NCBI RefSeq assembly: GCF_000020385.1
Contig: NC_010815.1
Location: 45,114 to 77,113 of the forward strand
Length of the DNA stretch: 32,000 bases
Source: Trichlorobacter lovleyi SZ
GTDB lineage: Bacteria > Desulfobacterota > Desulfuromonadia > Geobacterales > Pseudopelobacteraceae
Reading direction: 5' to 3'
This document shows positions 6,950-15,402 of this stretch, piece by piece; position 1 is the stretch's first letter, and each line of letters opens with the position of its first letter. Below the pieces are notes generated by a model, which worked only from the letters and a program-made list of their open reading frames with translations, did not search any database and was not told where the DNA came from. The translations under genes and the position numbers were made by a program.

Positions 6950-9874
6950 ATGAAAAAAGTTTGGGATACTGATGAATTGGCTACACATTGGTGCTTAACG
7001 TTTGAAGATCACCACCTTTTAAAAAACAAATTGCTCAAAAACCATCTTGGGTTTTCGATCCAGCTTAAGCATTTTCAGTATAGCGGAAAATTTTTACATA
7101 CCCATTCTGATATCTCAACCCCTCCCCTTGAGCATGTGGCTGAACAGCTCAATGTTTCAGTTTCTGATTTTGAATCATACGATTTCAATAGTCGCACCGG
7201 GCGACGGCATTGCATTGAAATCCTGAACTATCTCGGAATCCAGCGCCTGACCTCGACAGACAAGGACGCTTTTTCTGATTGGCTTCGACAAGAAATTTTC
7301 CACCAAGGGACGACTATTTCTGAGGCCATTGAGTTGGCTTATGATTGGTTCAAAAAACAGAAAGTTGAATACCCCACTGAGGCCGTATTGGAGCGCCTTG
7401 TCCGATCTGCCTTTTATCGCTACGAACAAGAATTTTTCAACCAGATCATCCGTGAACTACGACCTTCAGCTAAAGACAAGATGGATCATTGCCTTGAGAA
7501 TGTTGAAAGAGGTATCGAATTTGGTCGTTTGAAAGCTGATCCAGGCCGCGTCGGTCTGGAGAGTGTCTTGGCTGAAGTTGAAAAACTCCATTTCATACAG
7601 TCTCTTGACCTTCCACAGGGTCTCTTTCAAACCTGTAACATTAAAGCCTTAACGCACTACTATCAACGGGTCAGCAGTGAAAGTGCCTGGAGGGTCAAGG
7701 AACACCCGCCTGAAATCAGATATGCCCTGCTGGGGGTTTTTCTCTTTTTCCGGCAGCGAGAAATCATAGATGGTCTGATTGAACTCTTCATCCAGATTGT
7801 TCACCGCCTCACAGTTAAAGCTGAACGGAAATTGATCAAGGAGTTGCTAAGTGATTTCCGGAAAGTCCATGGAAAGAGCACCCTCCTGTTTAGAATTGCA
7901 GAGGCGGCACTCTTAAATCCTGAGGGGCGGGTGAAGGATGTCGTCTACCCTGTTGCTGGGGAGAATGTGCTGCAAAATCTGCTCAAAGAGTTCAAATCTT
8001 CCGGCCCTGGCTACAGACAGCAGGTTCATAAAATCATTCGTTCCTCTTATGGCAACCATTATCGGCGCATGGTTCCGAAAATCCTTGAAGCTCTTTCCTT
8101 CTGCTCAGGCAATACGCAGCATCGACCTGTGCTGGAAGCGCTGGAATGGATTCAACATAACCGTGACAACTCTCAACGTTTTATCCCGCTGGACGAGGGT
8201 ATTCCGATAGACGGTGTTATTCGCAAGCAAGATCAAGAAGTGGTACTCGAAGAGGATGCTCAAGGTAGAGAGCGAATCAACCGTATCAACTATGAAATCT
8301 GTGTCCTCCAGGCTTTGCGTGACAAACTTCGCTGTAAAGAAATCTGGGTGATGGGCGCTGACAAGTTTCGTAACCCAGACGAGGATCTACCAGCCGACTT
8401 TGAGGACAAACGCGAGGATTATTACCTCGATCTTGGCCATTCGACAGACAGCTCAGAGTTCATCGAGAAAATTCAGGAACGGATGCGCTCGGCTCTTACC
8501 GAGCTTGACGAGGGCATTCCGAGAAATCAGAAGGTTCGGCTTCTCAATAGAGGTAAGAAGAACATATCCATCACGCCTTTCGAAGCCCAAGAAGAACCGC
8601 CAAGCCTTACCGCGTTGAAACGGGAAATCGCTGGTCGGTGGCCAATGACCAGTTTGCTCGATGTGCTCAAAGAAGCGGATTTGCGAGTTGGCTTTACCGA
8701 TCATTTCAAGACTGTTGCTGATCGAGAGATTCTTGATCGGCAAAGTCTGCAACGGCGGTTGTTGCTCTGTCTTTATGGGATGGGAACCAATACTGGTCTA
8801 AAGCGGGTCAGCGGCAACCGTCACGGAATCAGCTATAAGGAGCTGCTGCATGTCAGGCGACGCTACGTTCACAAGGCTGCCCTCCGGAATGCTATCGGCC
8901 AAGTCGCCAATGCCATTTTCAGCATACGCAACGCCGATGTCTGGGGAGAGGGTTCAACTTCTTGTGCTTCCGACTCAAAGAAATTCGGCTCTTGGGATCA
9001 GAACCTGATGACGGAATGGCATATCCGCTACGGTGGTCGCGGAGTCATGATCTACTGGCACGTCGAAAAGAAATCGACCTGCATCTATTCTCAATTGAAG
9101 CGCTGCTCTTCCTCGGAAGTTGCCGCCATGATCGAGGGTGTCTTGCGGCACTGTACAGACATGACGATAGATCGGCAGTATGTTGATAGTCACGGGCAAA
9201 GCGAGGTGGCTTTTGCTTTCTGCCATCTGCTTGGCTTTGATCTCCTGCCGAGATTGAAGGCGATTGCCACACAGAAACTCTACCGTCCTGACGGTGACGC
9301 AACCGAGGCCTTTCCGAACCTGGAAAGGATCATGACCCGCCCGATCAATTGGGAGCTGATCAGCCAGCAGTATGATGAGATGGTCAAGTACGCCACCGCA
9401 CTGAAACAGGGAACCGCCAACCCGGAAGCCATACTACGACGATTTACCCGCAACAATATTCAGCATCCGACCTACCGGGCGCTCTCCGAACTCGGTAAAG
9501 CAGTGAAGACGATATTCTTATGTCGCTATCTCGGCTCGGAAGCCTTGCGGCAGGAAATTAACGAAGGTTTGAATGTCGTTGAGAATTGGAACAGCGCCAA
9601 TTCTTTCATCTTCTACGGTAAGGGCGGCGAAGTCGCCACCAATCGTTTGGAGGACCAGGAGTTGTCAGTCTTGGCCCTGCACCTGCTGCAGATCTGCTTG
9701 GTCTATGTCAATACGCTTATGATTCAGCAGGTTCTGACCGAACCGGCTTGGCATTCGCGGATGAAGCAAGAGGACTACCGTGCTCTGTCGCCACTGATTT
9801 ACAACCACATCAATCCATACGGCATCTTTGAGCTGGATATGGATTTGCGGTTGCCGATTGAGTTAGTTGCTTAG
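6950..9874 (+). CDS. tnpA: Tn3-family DDE transposase
   Basis: Start refined to ATG 6950 ([11 protein letters not shown]...) with GGGGAG 6 nt upstream. 974 aa, typical Tn3-family length. C-terminal DDE region: [53 protein letters not shown]...NEGLN. Confidence 0.9.
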   Translation: MKKVWDTDELATHWCLTFEDHHLLKNKLLKNHLGFSIQLKHFQYSGKFLHTHSDISTPPLEHVAEQLNVSVSDFESYDFNSRTGRRHCIEILNYLGIQRLTSTDKDAFSDWLRQEIFHQGTTISEAIELAYDWFKKQKVEYPTEAVLERLVRSAFYRYEQEFFNQIIRELRPSAKDKMDHCLENVERGIEFGRLKADPGRVGLESVLAEVEKLHFIQSLDLPQGLFQTCNIKALTHYYQRVSSESAWRVKEHPPEIRYALLGVFLFFRQREIIDGLIELFIQIVHRLTVKAERKLIKELLSDFRKVHGKSTLLFRIAEAALLNPEGRVKDVVYPVAGENVLQNLLKEFKSSGPGYRQQVHKIIRSSYGNHYRRMVPKILEALSFCSGNTQHRPVLEALEWIQHNRDNSQRFIPLDEGIPIDGVIRKQDQEVVLEEDAQGRERINRINYEICVLQALRDKLRCKEIWVMGADKFRNPDEDLPADFEDKREDYYLDLGHSTDSSEFIEKIQERMRSALTELDEGIPRNQKVRLLNRGKKNISITPFEAQEEPPSLTALKREIAGRWPMTSLLDVLKEADLRVGFTDHFKTVADREILDRQSLQRRLLLCLYGMGTNTGLKRVSGNRHGISYKELLHVRRRYVHKAALRNAIGQVANAIFSIRNADVWGEGSTSCASDSKKFGSWDQNLMTEWHIRYGGRGVMIYWHVEKKSTCIYSQLKRCSSSEVAAMIEGVLRHCTDMTIDRQYVDSHGQSEVAFAFCHLLGFDLLPRLKAIATQKLYRPDGDATEAFPNLERIMTRPINWELISQQYDEMVKYATALKQGTANPEAILRRFTRNNIQHPTYRALSELGKAVKTIFLCRYLGSEALRQEINEGLNVVENWNSANSFIFYGKGGEVATNRLEDQELSVLALHLLQICLVYVNTLMIQQVLTEPAWHSRMKQEDYRALSPLIYNHINPYGIFELDMDLRLPIELVA

Positions 9875-9907
9875 CGTAGTTTTTCGTACCGATGGGCTTC
9901 ACTTGCT
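9870..9907. repeat. Tn3-family terminal inverted repeat (right end), overlapping the tnpA stop
   Basis: CTTAGCGTAGTTTTTCGTACCGATGGG... aligns by eye with the inner part of the canonical Tn3 IR read inward-to-outward (CTTAACGTGAGTTTTCGTTCCACTGAG...). The canonical outer GGGG/CCCC end is absent at 38 bp; GGCCC occurs at 9911-9915. No partner IR was found in the window. Confidence 0.55.
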
Positions 9908-10456
9908 TTTGGCCCTGACGGCATTGATGTATTTATAGAGGGTTGGTTTGGAGATGCCCATCATCTGGCAGATTTGTTTTACGGTATGGTTCTCTTCATC
10001 GTAGAGCTTAACTGCCAGGGCCTGTTTGTCGGCAGACAGTGATTTGGGGCGGCCTCCTTTTTTGCCTCTTGCTCGTGCCGCCGCAAGTCCGGCCTGCGTG
10101 CGTTCTCTGATTAGGTTGCGCTCGAACTCGGCCAAAGCGGCAAAGATGTGGAAGATCAACTTCCCGGAACTAGAACGAGTATCGATTGATTCATGCAGAC
10201 TCTTCAGGCCGATATCGCGGGACTCCAGAAGGGAAACCATTTCGATAAGATCTTTCAGGGAACGGCTCAGACGATCCAACCGCCAGACAACCAGAGTATC
10301 GCCTTCTCTGGCGTGACTGAGCGCCGCTGCTAAACCGGGACGCTCAGCTTTTGCTCCGCTGAGCTTGTCTTCATGGATCTGTTGACAGCCCGCTTGCTCC
10401 AGAGCATCTTTTTGTAGAGCTAGCTTTTGATCGTCGGTAGATACCCGAGCATATTC
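9899..10456 (-). pseudogene. Serine recombinase (resolvase/invertase family) lacking its first codons and any start codon
   Basis: Hand translation of the frame upstream of the track ORF gives (E)YARVSTDDQKLALQKDALEQAGCQQIHEDKLSGAKAERPGLAAALSHAREGDTLVVWRLDRLSRS..., with a C-terminal HTH ISKPTLYKYI. There is no ATG/GTG/TTG in frame between 10456 and the internal TTG at 10279. Confidence 0.75.
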
Positions 10457-10923
10457 CCCAGGATCTGCACATCCCCTACATAATCCATCTCTTCTTCCAT
10501 CATATAATATTTGATGGCATCGACACCGTTCTGGCTTGCCGGGAACATGGGGATGCTTTTGGGAATACAGTAGGTCACAATTGCACCACCCGGCTTTCCC
10601 TTCATGTGGGCAATACCATGACGGTTAGGGTAGAGCCGCTCGATGAACGCCTTAGTCCGGGAATCAAGTGTCGAATAAGGAGTGTAACCAGCGATGATCA
10701 GTGCATCGGACTCTTTCACCTTCTCCGTCAACTCGAAACCATCATCCTTTATCACACATTGGCCGGTCTTTCTGCATCCCAGGCAAGCTCTACATGGCTC
10801 TATTGTATAATCTGTCAGCTTGATGAATTCCGTTTCCAGACCAGTCGACTCCAGAGCGAGTTTTAGTGCTCTATCAGTATTACTATTTCGGATTGGAGAA
10901 CCGGATACGCCTAATACCTTCAT
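10420..10923 (-). pseudogene. Iron-sulfur flavoprotein (Isf)-like NADPH-dependent FMN reductase paralogue 1, 3'-truncated
   Basis: Start refined to ATG 10923 (GGAGGAAAGT upstream). MKVLGVSGSP... with the compact Cys motif C-x2-C-x2-C-x5-C (PCRACLGCRKTGQC). It aligns with the paralogue at 29605..30246 up to ...DVQILG, then reads 11 unrelated codons into the resolvase remnant. About 45 C-terminal residues, including the second Cys cluster, are missing. Confidence 0.65.
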
Positions 10924-10946
10924 ACTTTCCTCCACTACTGGGTGTA

Positions 10947-10975
10947 GCACCGGGCCATAGCCGTATGCCCGGTGC
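10947..10975 (-). other. Perfect 9-bp stem-loop (GCACCGGGC ... GCCCGGTGC, 11-nt loop) between the AhpD-like and Isf genes
   Basis: Complementarity verified. It lies 11 nt downstream of the stop at 10986. There is no U-tract, so it is not a classical terminator. Confidence 0.3.
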
Positions 10976-10985
10976 CTGATTTACC

Positions 10986-11441
10986 CTATTTCTTTTCCCA
11001 GGCGAATTTCTCAAACGCTCTATCAATCGGGGTTTCAGCAATATGATTGACGTAGTTGCTGATCACTTTCTGCGAAAGCCCCAGAATGATTTCCAACAAT
11101 TGCCTTTGCCCGTAACCGGCGGCATAAAATGCTTCAACTTCATCTTTTGACAGTTCACCGCGTTTGCGCACTACAGCCAAAGTCGTGTTCTGCAGCACTT
11201 GCAACTTGTCCGTCGGCATCGGCTCTTGGTTGCGAAGTGCCTCAGTCAGTGCCGGGTCCACCTTCATCATTTTGGCAACCCCAGTATGGGCAGGAACGCA
11301 ATAGGTGCAGTTATGTTCGACGTTGATGGTCTGCCAGACAACCGTCAATTCCTCGGCGTTATCCGGCACCATTTTGCGCAGGGTCTCTTCGCCCCCTTTA
11401 CGCTTTGCCGCACGCTGATAGATCTGTTGGAATGTTTGCAT
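10986..11441 (-). CDS. Carboxymuconolactone decarboxylase (AhpD-like) family protein
   Basis: Start refined to ATG 11441 (AGGAG 5 nt upstream). Has the AhpD/CMD-type motif NCTYCVPAH. Confidence 0.65.
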   Translation of the reverse strand: MQTFQQIYQRAAKRKGGEETLRKMVPDNAEELTVVWQTINVEHNCTYCVPAHTGVAKMMKVDPALTEALRNQEPMPTDKLQVLQNTTLAVVRKRGELSKDEVEAFYAAGYGQRQLLEIILGLSQKVISNYVNHIAETPIDRAFEKFAWEKK

Positions 11442-11473
11442 CACTGCTCCTGGTTTTTTTAAAAAATAAAACC

Positions 11474-11749
11474 CTAACCTGCTGCAAAGTGTTTTGTCAG
11501 ACCCATTATTGCATAGGCAGAGTTTTTCCCTGACCCTTCGATCAAACGGCTGAACCAGGCACAAATCCTATCTTCTAGCTTAATCGCAAAGCCCAAGAAG
11601 CCTTCAGTTCTTGCTGTATCCAGAATTGTTACCCAAGGAGCCTCTGAGTAAACTTTACTTGCTGTTTCAGAGTTCTCTGGAACACCTGTCTGGCCAAGTA
11701 GAACCGCCGCCTCAAAGGCAAATAATGAATAGAGTTCCTTGTCTGTCAT
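11474..11749 (-). CDS. Hypothetical protein
   Basis: Start refined to ATG 11749 (GGAGA upstream). 91 aa, sits in the operon between the DoxX-like and AhpD-like genes. I recognise no family. Confidence 0.4.
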   Translation of the reverse strand: MTDKELYSLFAFEAAVLLGQTGVPENSETASKVYSEAPWVTILDTARTEGFLGFAIKLEDRICAWFSRLIEGSGKNSAYAIMGLTKHFAAG

Positions 11750-11806
11750 TTTAGTTTCTCCAATCATTTTTTATATTCCACTAAGAGACGATTTCGCACC
11801 TTTAGG

Positions 11807-12259
11807 TTAAATTTTCCCCAGGACTTCTTTTCCCCTGAGAATGGTCCGTCCTGCATTCCTGTACAGATAGACATTCAGGAAAACCATCAGCAGAGTAAAT
11901 ACGGTCAGCAAAGGGGCCTTCTTCTCAAATGGCAAAACTTCAGCTGGAACCGCTGGGTGCAAATGAACATAGAGGGCGACAAGCATGATCACAGTTACGG
12001 CAAGGTTCCCGCCGTAAAAAATTTTCTTTGCCCAAGAAGGAGTGATTTTCTCCCACAAAAAGAGAAAAGCAAGAAGCGTTAAACCAACGGTAATTTCCCC
12101 CAGTTGCCCACTCCAAAAAGTGAGAGTCGAGAAAGGCAGTCCGCTTCTGTCGATTTGGGTCGTAAAAAATGTTTTAAATGGTTCGAAAAATTTAACCGTA
12201 CCAGGCACAAGCATGATTGCTCCGAGATACCCGGTGATGATCCTTGTTGATTTTGTCAT
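11807..12259 (-). CDS. DoxX-like integral membrane protein
   Basis: Start refined to ATG 12259. About 150 aa with four hydrophobic segments and a DoxX-like N-terminus (ITGYLGAIMLVPGTVKFFEPF). Confidence 0.5.
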   Translation of the reverse strand: MTKSTRIITGYLGAIMLVPGTVKFFEPFKTFFTTQIDRSGLPFSTLTFWSGQLGEITVGLTLLAFLFLWEKITPSWAKKIFYGGNLAVTVIMLVALYVHLHPAVPAEVLPFEKKAPLLTVFTLLMVFLNVYLYRNAGRTILRGKEVLGKI

Positions 12260-12329
12260 GATCTTTTCCCTATTCACGCATGTTGAGTTTATAAAACTGC
12301 AGATGTGCACCCCTGCAATCACGCCCACC

Positions 12330-12396
12330 TTGAACGCTCATTCAAGCTAGCGCCGACACGAGCCCCTGTCAACACTTTTTTGAGTGATCATTCAAG
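12330..12396. promoter_or_regulatory. Divergent promoter region with two 17-bp operator-like boxes, TTGAACGCTCATTCAAG (12330-12346) and TTGAGTGATCATTCAAG (12380-12396)
   Basis: The boxes are 50 bp apart. On the minus strand, -35 TTGACA (12367-12372) and -10 TAGCTT (12344-12349) have a 17-bp spacer, and box 1 overlaps the -10. The region lies between the DoxX operon and the divergent TetR gene. Confidence 0.6.
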
Positions 12397-12457
12397 AAAA
12401 TAGTGTATAGTGTAAAAAAGTTATTGAGATTAGATGATTGAAAGCAGAGGACAACAG

Positions 12458-13030
12458 ATGGCAAGAGCACAATTTGACAGAGAAGAGATAATCGATAAAT
12501 CGATTGGGCTGTTTTGGGAGAACGGATATAGCGCCTCCTCAATGCAGAAGGTGGTGAAAACTACCGGACTTAAGCCTGGCTCGATCTATTTAGCTTTTGG
12601 CAATAAAGAAGGTTTGTTCAGGGAAGCACTGGAGAGCTACGCACGTAAAACGATCGAGGCAATCCATCATTTGATGGCAACTGCACCCAGCATCAGCGCG
12701 GGGATTTGTATGTTCCTCGAACAAAAAGTAGTGGAGTCGACACAAAAAACCTACTGCAGCTGTTTCCTGGTCAAGACCCGTCTTGAACTGGCAGCCGAGG
12801 GAGGCGAACTGCATGAGTTGGCCTCCTCCAAACTGGATAAGATTGAAGAGGTTTTAGAAGGTTATATTGACAAAGAATATGGCAGTGAAGTGAGTAAGCA
12901 GAGGGCCATCAGCCTGATGATGCATATCTTCGGGGTGAGGGTGTATGGCTACCAACAGGGTTCTGCCGACCGAATGCGGCTTGGCTTGAAAGAAGGTTTG
13001 CCCTGGTTGCCATGGGAAACGCTCAATTGA
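12458..13030 (+). CDS. TetR/AcrR-family transcriptional regulator
   Basis: N-terminal TetR HTH (GYSASSMQKVVKTTGLKPGSIYLAFGNKEGLF). ATG 12458 has AGAGGA upstream; an alternative ATG is at 12434. Confidence 0.85.
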   Translation: MARAQFDREEIIDKSIGLFWENGYSASSMQKVVKTTGLKPGSIYLAFGNKEGLFREALESYARKTIEAIHHLMATAPSISAGICMFLEQKVVESTQKTYCSCFLVKTRLELAAEGGELHELASSKLDKIEEVLEGYIDKEYGSEVSKQRAISLMMHIFGVRVYGYQQGSADRMRLGLKEGLPWLPWETLN

Positions 13031-13062
13031 TCTCTTTGTAAATTATCAGCCTTTATCAGCAA

Positions 13063-13094
13063 GGGGCCGTATCATTTACGGCCCCTTCTTTGTT
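13063..13094 (+). terminator. Rho-independent terminator after the TetR gene
   Basis: GGGGCCGT (13063-13070) pairs with ACGGCCCC (13078-13085) and is followed by TTCTTTGTT. Confidence 0.7.
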
Positions 13095-13099
13095 GCAAA

Positions 13100-13435
13100 C
13101 TAAATCAAAAAATAAGCAATCCCCAAACCGGCTGAGGCAGTTACCAGCAAAAGAGTCCAAATCAGCGTGGAACCTTTGCCTCGGACAATCATCTCAGCCA
13201 TCACCACCAGCCCTACTCCACCAACGGCCTTTATCAGTACAAACGAGCTAAAAGGCAGTGTGGCAAACAGATAACATCCCGAGATGAGAATCAGAGCGTA
13301 CCCAACATAAAGAACTTTGTGAGCAAACTTTTTGACACTTTGCTGGTTGGCAAAAGCTGCCGAAAGAAAACTGACGATAACCAGTAGTGCAGAGAAGAAA
13401 TGGGGCGGTTGGTTGATCAGTGCAAATGAGTTCAT
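13100..13435 (-). CDS. Small hypothetical membrane protein (about 4 TM segments)
   Basis: 111 aa, almost entirely hydrophobic segments. I recognise no family. Confidence 0.5.
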   Translation of the reverse strand: MNSFALINQPPHFFSALLVIVSFLSAAFANQQSVKKFAHKVLYVGYALILISGCYLFATLPFSSFVLIKAVGGVGLVVMAEMIVRGKGSTLIWTLLLVTASAGLGIAYFLI

Positions 13436-13519
13436 AGCCTTTTCCTTTACTTTGTTGTGGTTAGCAAATACGAAGTCTCATGGTTTGAACTCAAAATAAG
13501 TCACAAGCCAAGGCTAGTC

Positions 13520-13535
13520 TGTAGCCGCTGTTACA
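13520..13535. promoter_or_regulatory. CRP/FNR-spaced palindrome TGTAGCCGCTGTTACA
   Basis: TGTAG-N6-TTACA (9 of 10 palindromic positions), intergenic. Centre is 92 bp upstream of the ATG at 13435 (minus strand). Confidence 0.45.
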
Positions 13536-13585
13536 ACGAGGGAAAAAGGGGATGATTTTCAAACGGAGGTAATTTTTCTTCCACC

Positions 13586-13601
13586 TGTAGCAGGCACTAC
13601 A
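13586..13601. promoter_or_regulatory. CRP/FNR-spaced palindrome TGTAGCAGGCACTACA
   Basis: Perfect TGTAG-N6-CTACA, intergenic. Centre is 130 bp upstream of the ATG at 13724 (plus strand). Confidence 0.45.
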
Positions 13602-13723
13602 GAAGGATGAGAAAAGAAGCAGTAGGCTGCGTTCATCACCTGAGCCCTGTACGTTTCGTCCGGACGTCACCGGATGATACATACAACCTTTTCGCAGGCG
13701 CTCAAAACTGAAAGGAAAAGACC

Positions 13724-13960
13724 ATGAACGTAAAAGCTGAAATCAAGACTCAGATCGCTGGTGCCCTGGCTGGTGCCGAGTTCCCTATCGCTTCGCCGGA
13801 AGCCTTGCTGAACGCTTTCCCGAATGGCGCTGATACCACCTGTGAGTGTGGTGATGTCAAACTACGCGCCGGTGACGCGGGCAGCGTACTGACCGCATCT
13901 GACTTCCCGTTTGAAAGCGCAGAATCTGTTGCAGACACTATTGTCTCTCGCGCCTTTTAA
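13724..13960 (+). CDS. MTH865-like family small protein (function unknown)
   Basis: 78 aa. The pattern IAGALAGAEFPIASPEALLNAFPNGADTTCECGDVKL...DAGSVLTASDFPFESAESVADTIV matches my recollection of the MTH865 family. AAAGGAAAAG Shine-Dalgarno. Confidence 0.55.
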   Translation: MNVKAEIKTQIAGALAGAEFPIASPEALLNAFPNGADTTCECGDVKLRAGDAGSVLTASDFPFESAESVADTIVSRAF

Positions 13961-13975
13961 GCATTTAAGCAAAAC

Positions 13976-14014
13976 GGGGGACGGGGCATCAGCGCCCGCG
14001 TCCCCCTGTTTTAG
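13976..14014 (+). terminator. Rho-independent terminator after the MTH865-like gene
   Basis: GGGGGACG (13976-13983) pairs with CGTCCCCC (13999-14006) and is followed by TGTTTTAGTATTTT. Confidence 0.75.
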
Positions 14015-14158
14015 TATTTTGCAGGAGGTTAAAACACTAACCAAGAGCCGTCCACGTCACTCCCGGTTAGTGTTTCAACGTCCTGTTAGTGGTATATTTC
14101 AAGCATCGATCCTCATACATACGACGTACCAGCTTATTTCGGGTACTGTGGGCAAAGC

Positions 14159-14785
14159 TTAGTCCTTTAGTCGCAACCCCAGATTTCTTCCAAGGAAACG
14201 CGCTTCCTCGATTTTCCCGACCTGCCTGGAAAGATCAGGGATCATGTCTTCGGTGACCTTGGCATTCGGTCCGAACAGCTTCTTAATTGCGCCAACCTTA
14301 CAGGTTTCACCGTCTCCGCACTTGAAACAACTGGCGGGGCCTTGTGCTGTCACCGTTCCGAGGTGCTGAATCTGGTTGTATTCAAAGAATTTCTCTATGT
14401 TTCTGGCGGGTGCTTCAGGGTTGCGTCCGCCGACCGAAACAACCACCCCTAGTTTTCCTGCGATCTCGTCTCCATCTCGGTGGCGAAACTGGTAGAATCT
14501 CTCCAGAAAACAGTGGCCCAGACCGCCGATCATGTCGAAGTAGTTGGGCGCACCAACAACCAAGGCGTCAGCGGCAACTATCTTTTGCCGTAGTTCTGCC
14601 ATATCGTCTTTAATTACGCAGACGTTATCTTTCACGCATCCCAAACACCCAATGCATGGGCCAATCCGTTTTCCACTCAGGGGAATGAACTCAGTTTCGC
14701 ATTCCGTTGCGCCTAATACTTCCTGGACCAGCCTGTCGGTTGTTTGCCCACGGCGAGGACTTCCCGAGATACCCAGTACTTTCAT
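14159..14785 (-). CDS. Iron-sulfur flavoprotein (Isf)-like NADPH-dependent FMN reductase paralogue 2
   Basis: Start refined to ATG 14785 (MKVLGISGSPRRG...). Has the compact motif PCIGCLGCVKDNVC and a second cluster, SCFKCGDGETC. Confidence 0.75.
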   Translation of the reverse strand: MKVLGISGSPRRGQTTDRLVQEVLGATECETEFIPLSGKRIGPCIGCLGCVKDNVCVIKDDMAELRQKIVAADALVVGAPNYFDMIGGLGHCFLERFYQFRHRDGDEIAGKLGVVVSVGGRNPEAPARNIEKFFEYNQIQHLGTVTAQGPASCFKCGDGETCKVGAIKKLFGPNAKVTEDMIPDLSRQVGKIEEARFLGRNLGLRLKD

Positions 14786-14941
14786 ATTTTTGGCTCCTTC
14801 CACCTTTTCTGCACCTTATTCATAGAACAAACCTTTTTTGCGGGTCTTGATGACCGAGAGCGCTGAAGAGAACGAGTGTTTCACCAGAGCAAAAGAGCAG
14901 AAAGGCTAAATCAATGTAGTGATGCAGCTCTAAAATTAAAA

Positions 14942-15340
14942 CTAATCGGCTAAGGGATCTTCTCCTTCTTCCCAACCCGCCAGATATTTTTCCAGCAAAT
15001 GGAAATCTTCCCCCTTGTGTTCGGTCAGGGTCACATACATCTGATCTTTCGTTACTCCCCAATGCTTATTCATAAGCTCCATGAACCCAAGAGTCAGCTC
15101 TCGGCGCTGCACCATGGTCCTCCCCTGACGGATATCGGCATTGACCACCGCCACCCCTTTTGCCGGATCTTTGACCCGTCCGATAAACAAGTTATGGGTG
15201 CTGTATTCACGGATCGAGATACAGATGTGATCGGTTCCTGTGTCCATCACTTCTGCAAAAAGTTGTTGGACCTCTCCATGGAAAGATATTTTTTCTTCAT
15301 CTTTCAAGTTGCGATTGATCTCAAACTGTAAGTGCGGCAT
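14942..15340 (-). CDS. Tautomerase-superfamily protein (N-terminal Pro-1 type)
   Basis: Start refined to ATG 15340 (AGGAGAAGCC upstream), giving MPHLQFEINRNL..., i.e. Pro immediately after Met as in 4-OT/CHMI-type tautomerases. 132 aa. Confidence 0.5.
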   Translation of the reverse strand: MPHLQFEINRNLKDEEKISFHGEVQQLFAEVMDTGTDHICISIREYSTHNLFIGRVKDPAKGVAVVNADIRQGRTMVQRRELTLGFMELMNKHWGVTKDQMYVTLTEHKGEDFHLLEKYLAGWEEGEDPLAD

Positions 15341-15402
15341 GGCTTCTCCTTTTTCTGTTCTAATCAACGCTTGAACCTGGCGCAACTGGTGCGAATTTCG
15401 GG

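Noticed and set aside
6938-6975. GGGGAGTCTGCC... at the tnpA start as a possible left Tn3 inverted repeat (it resembles the GGGGTCTG start of canonical IRs)
   Set aside because: Beyond the first ~10 nt it does not match the inner ACGAAAA-type motif, and its reverse complement is not present at the right end. The GGGGAG is adequately explained as the tnpA Shine-Dalgarno.
10986-11767. Possibility that 11474..11749 and 10986..11441 are one frameshifted gene (the track shows overlapping 97-aa and 192-aa ORFs)
   Set aside because: Each has its own ATG with a well-placed Shine-Dalgarno and they are separated by 32 nt. The 5' extension of the 192-aa ORF has no Shine-Dalgarno and a junk-like translation. 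This cannot be fully excluded without homologues.
13491-13682. 63-aa minus-strand ORF in the 288-bp spacer upstream of the MTH865-like gene
   Set aside because: No Shine-Dalgarno and a Cys/Ser/Leu-rich junk-like translation. The region contains two regulator-type palindromes and is better explained as a divergent control region.
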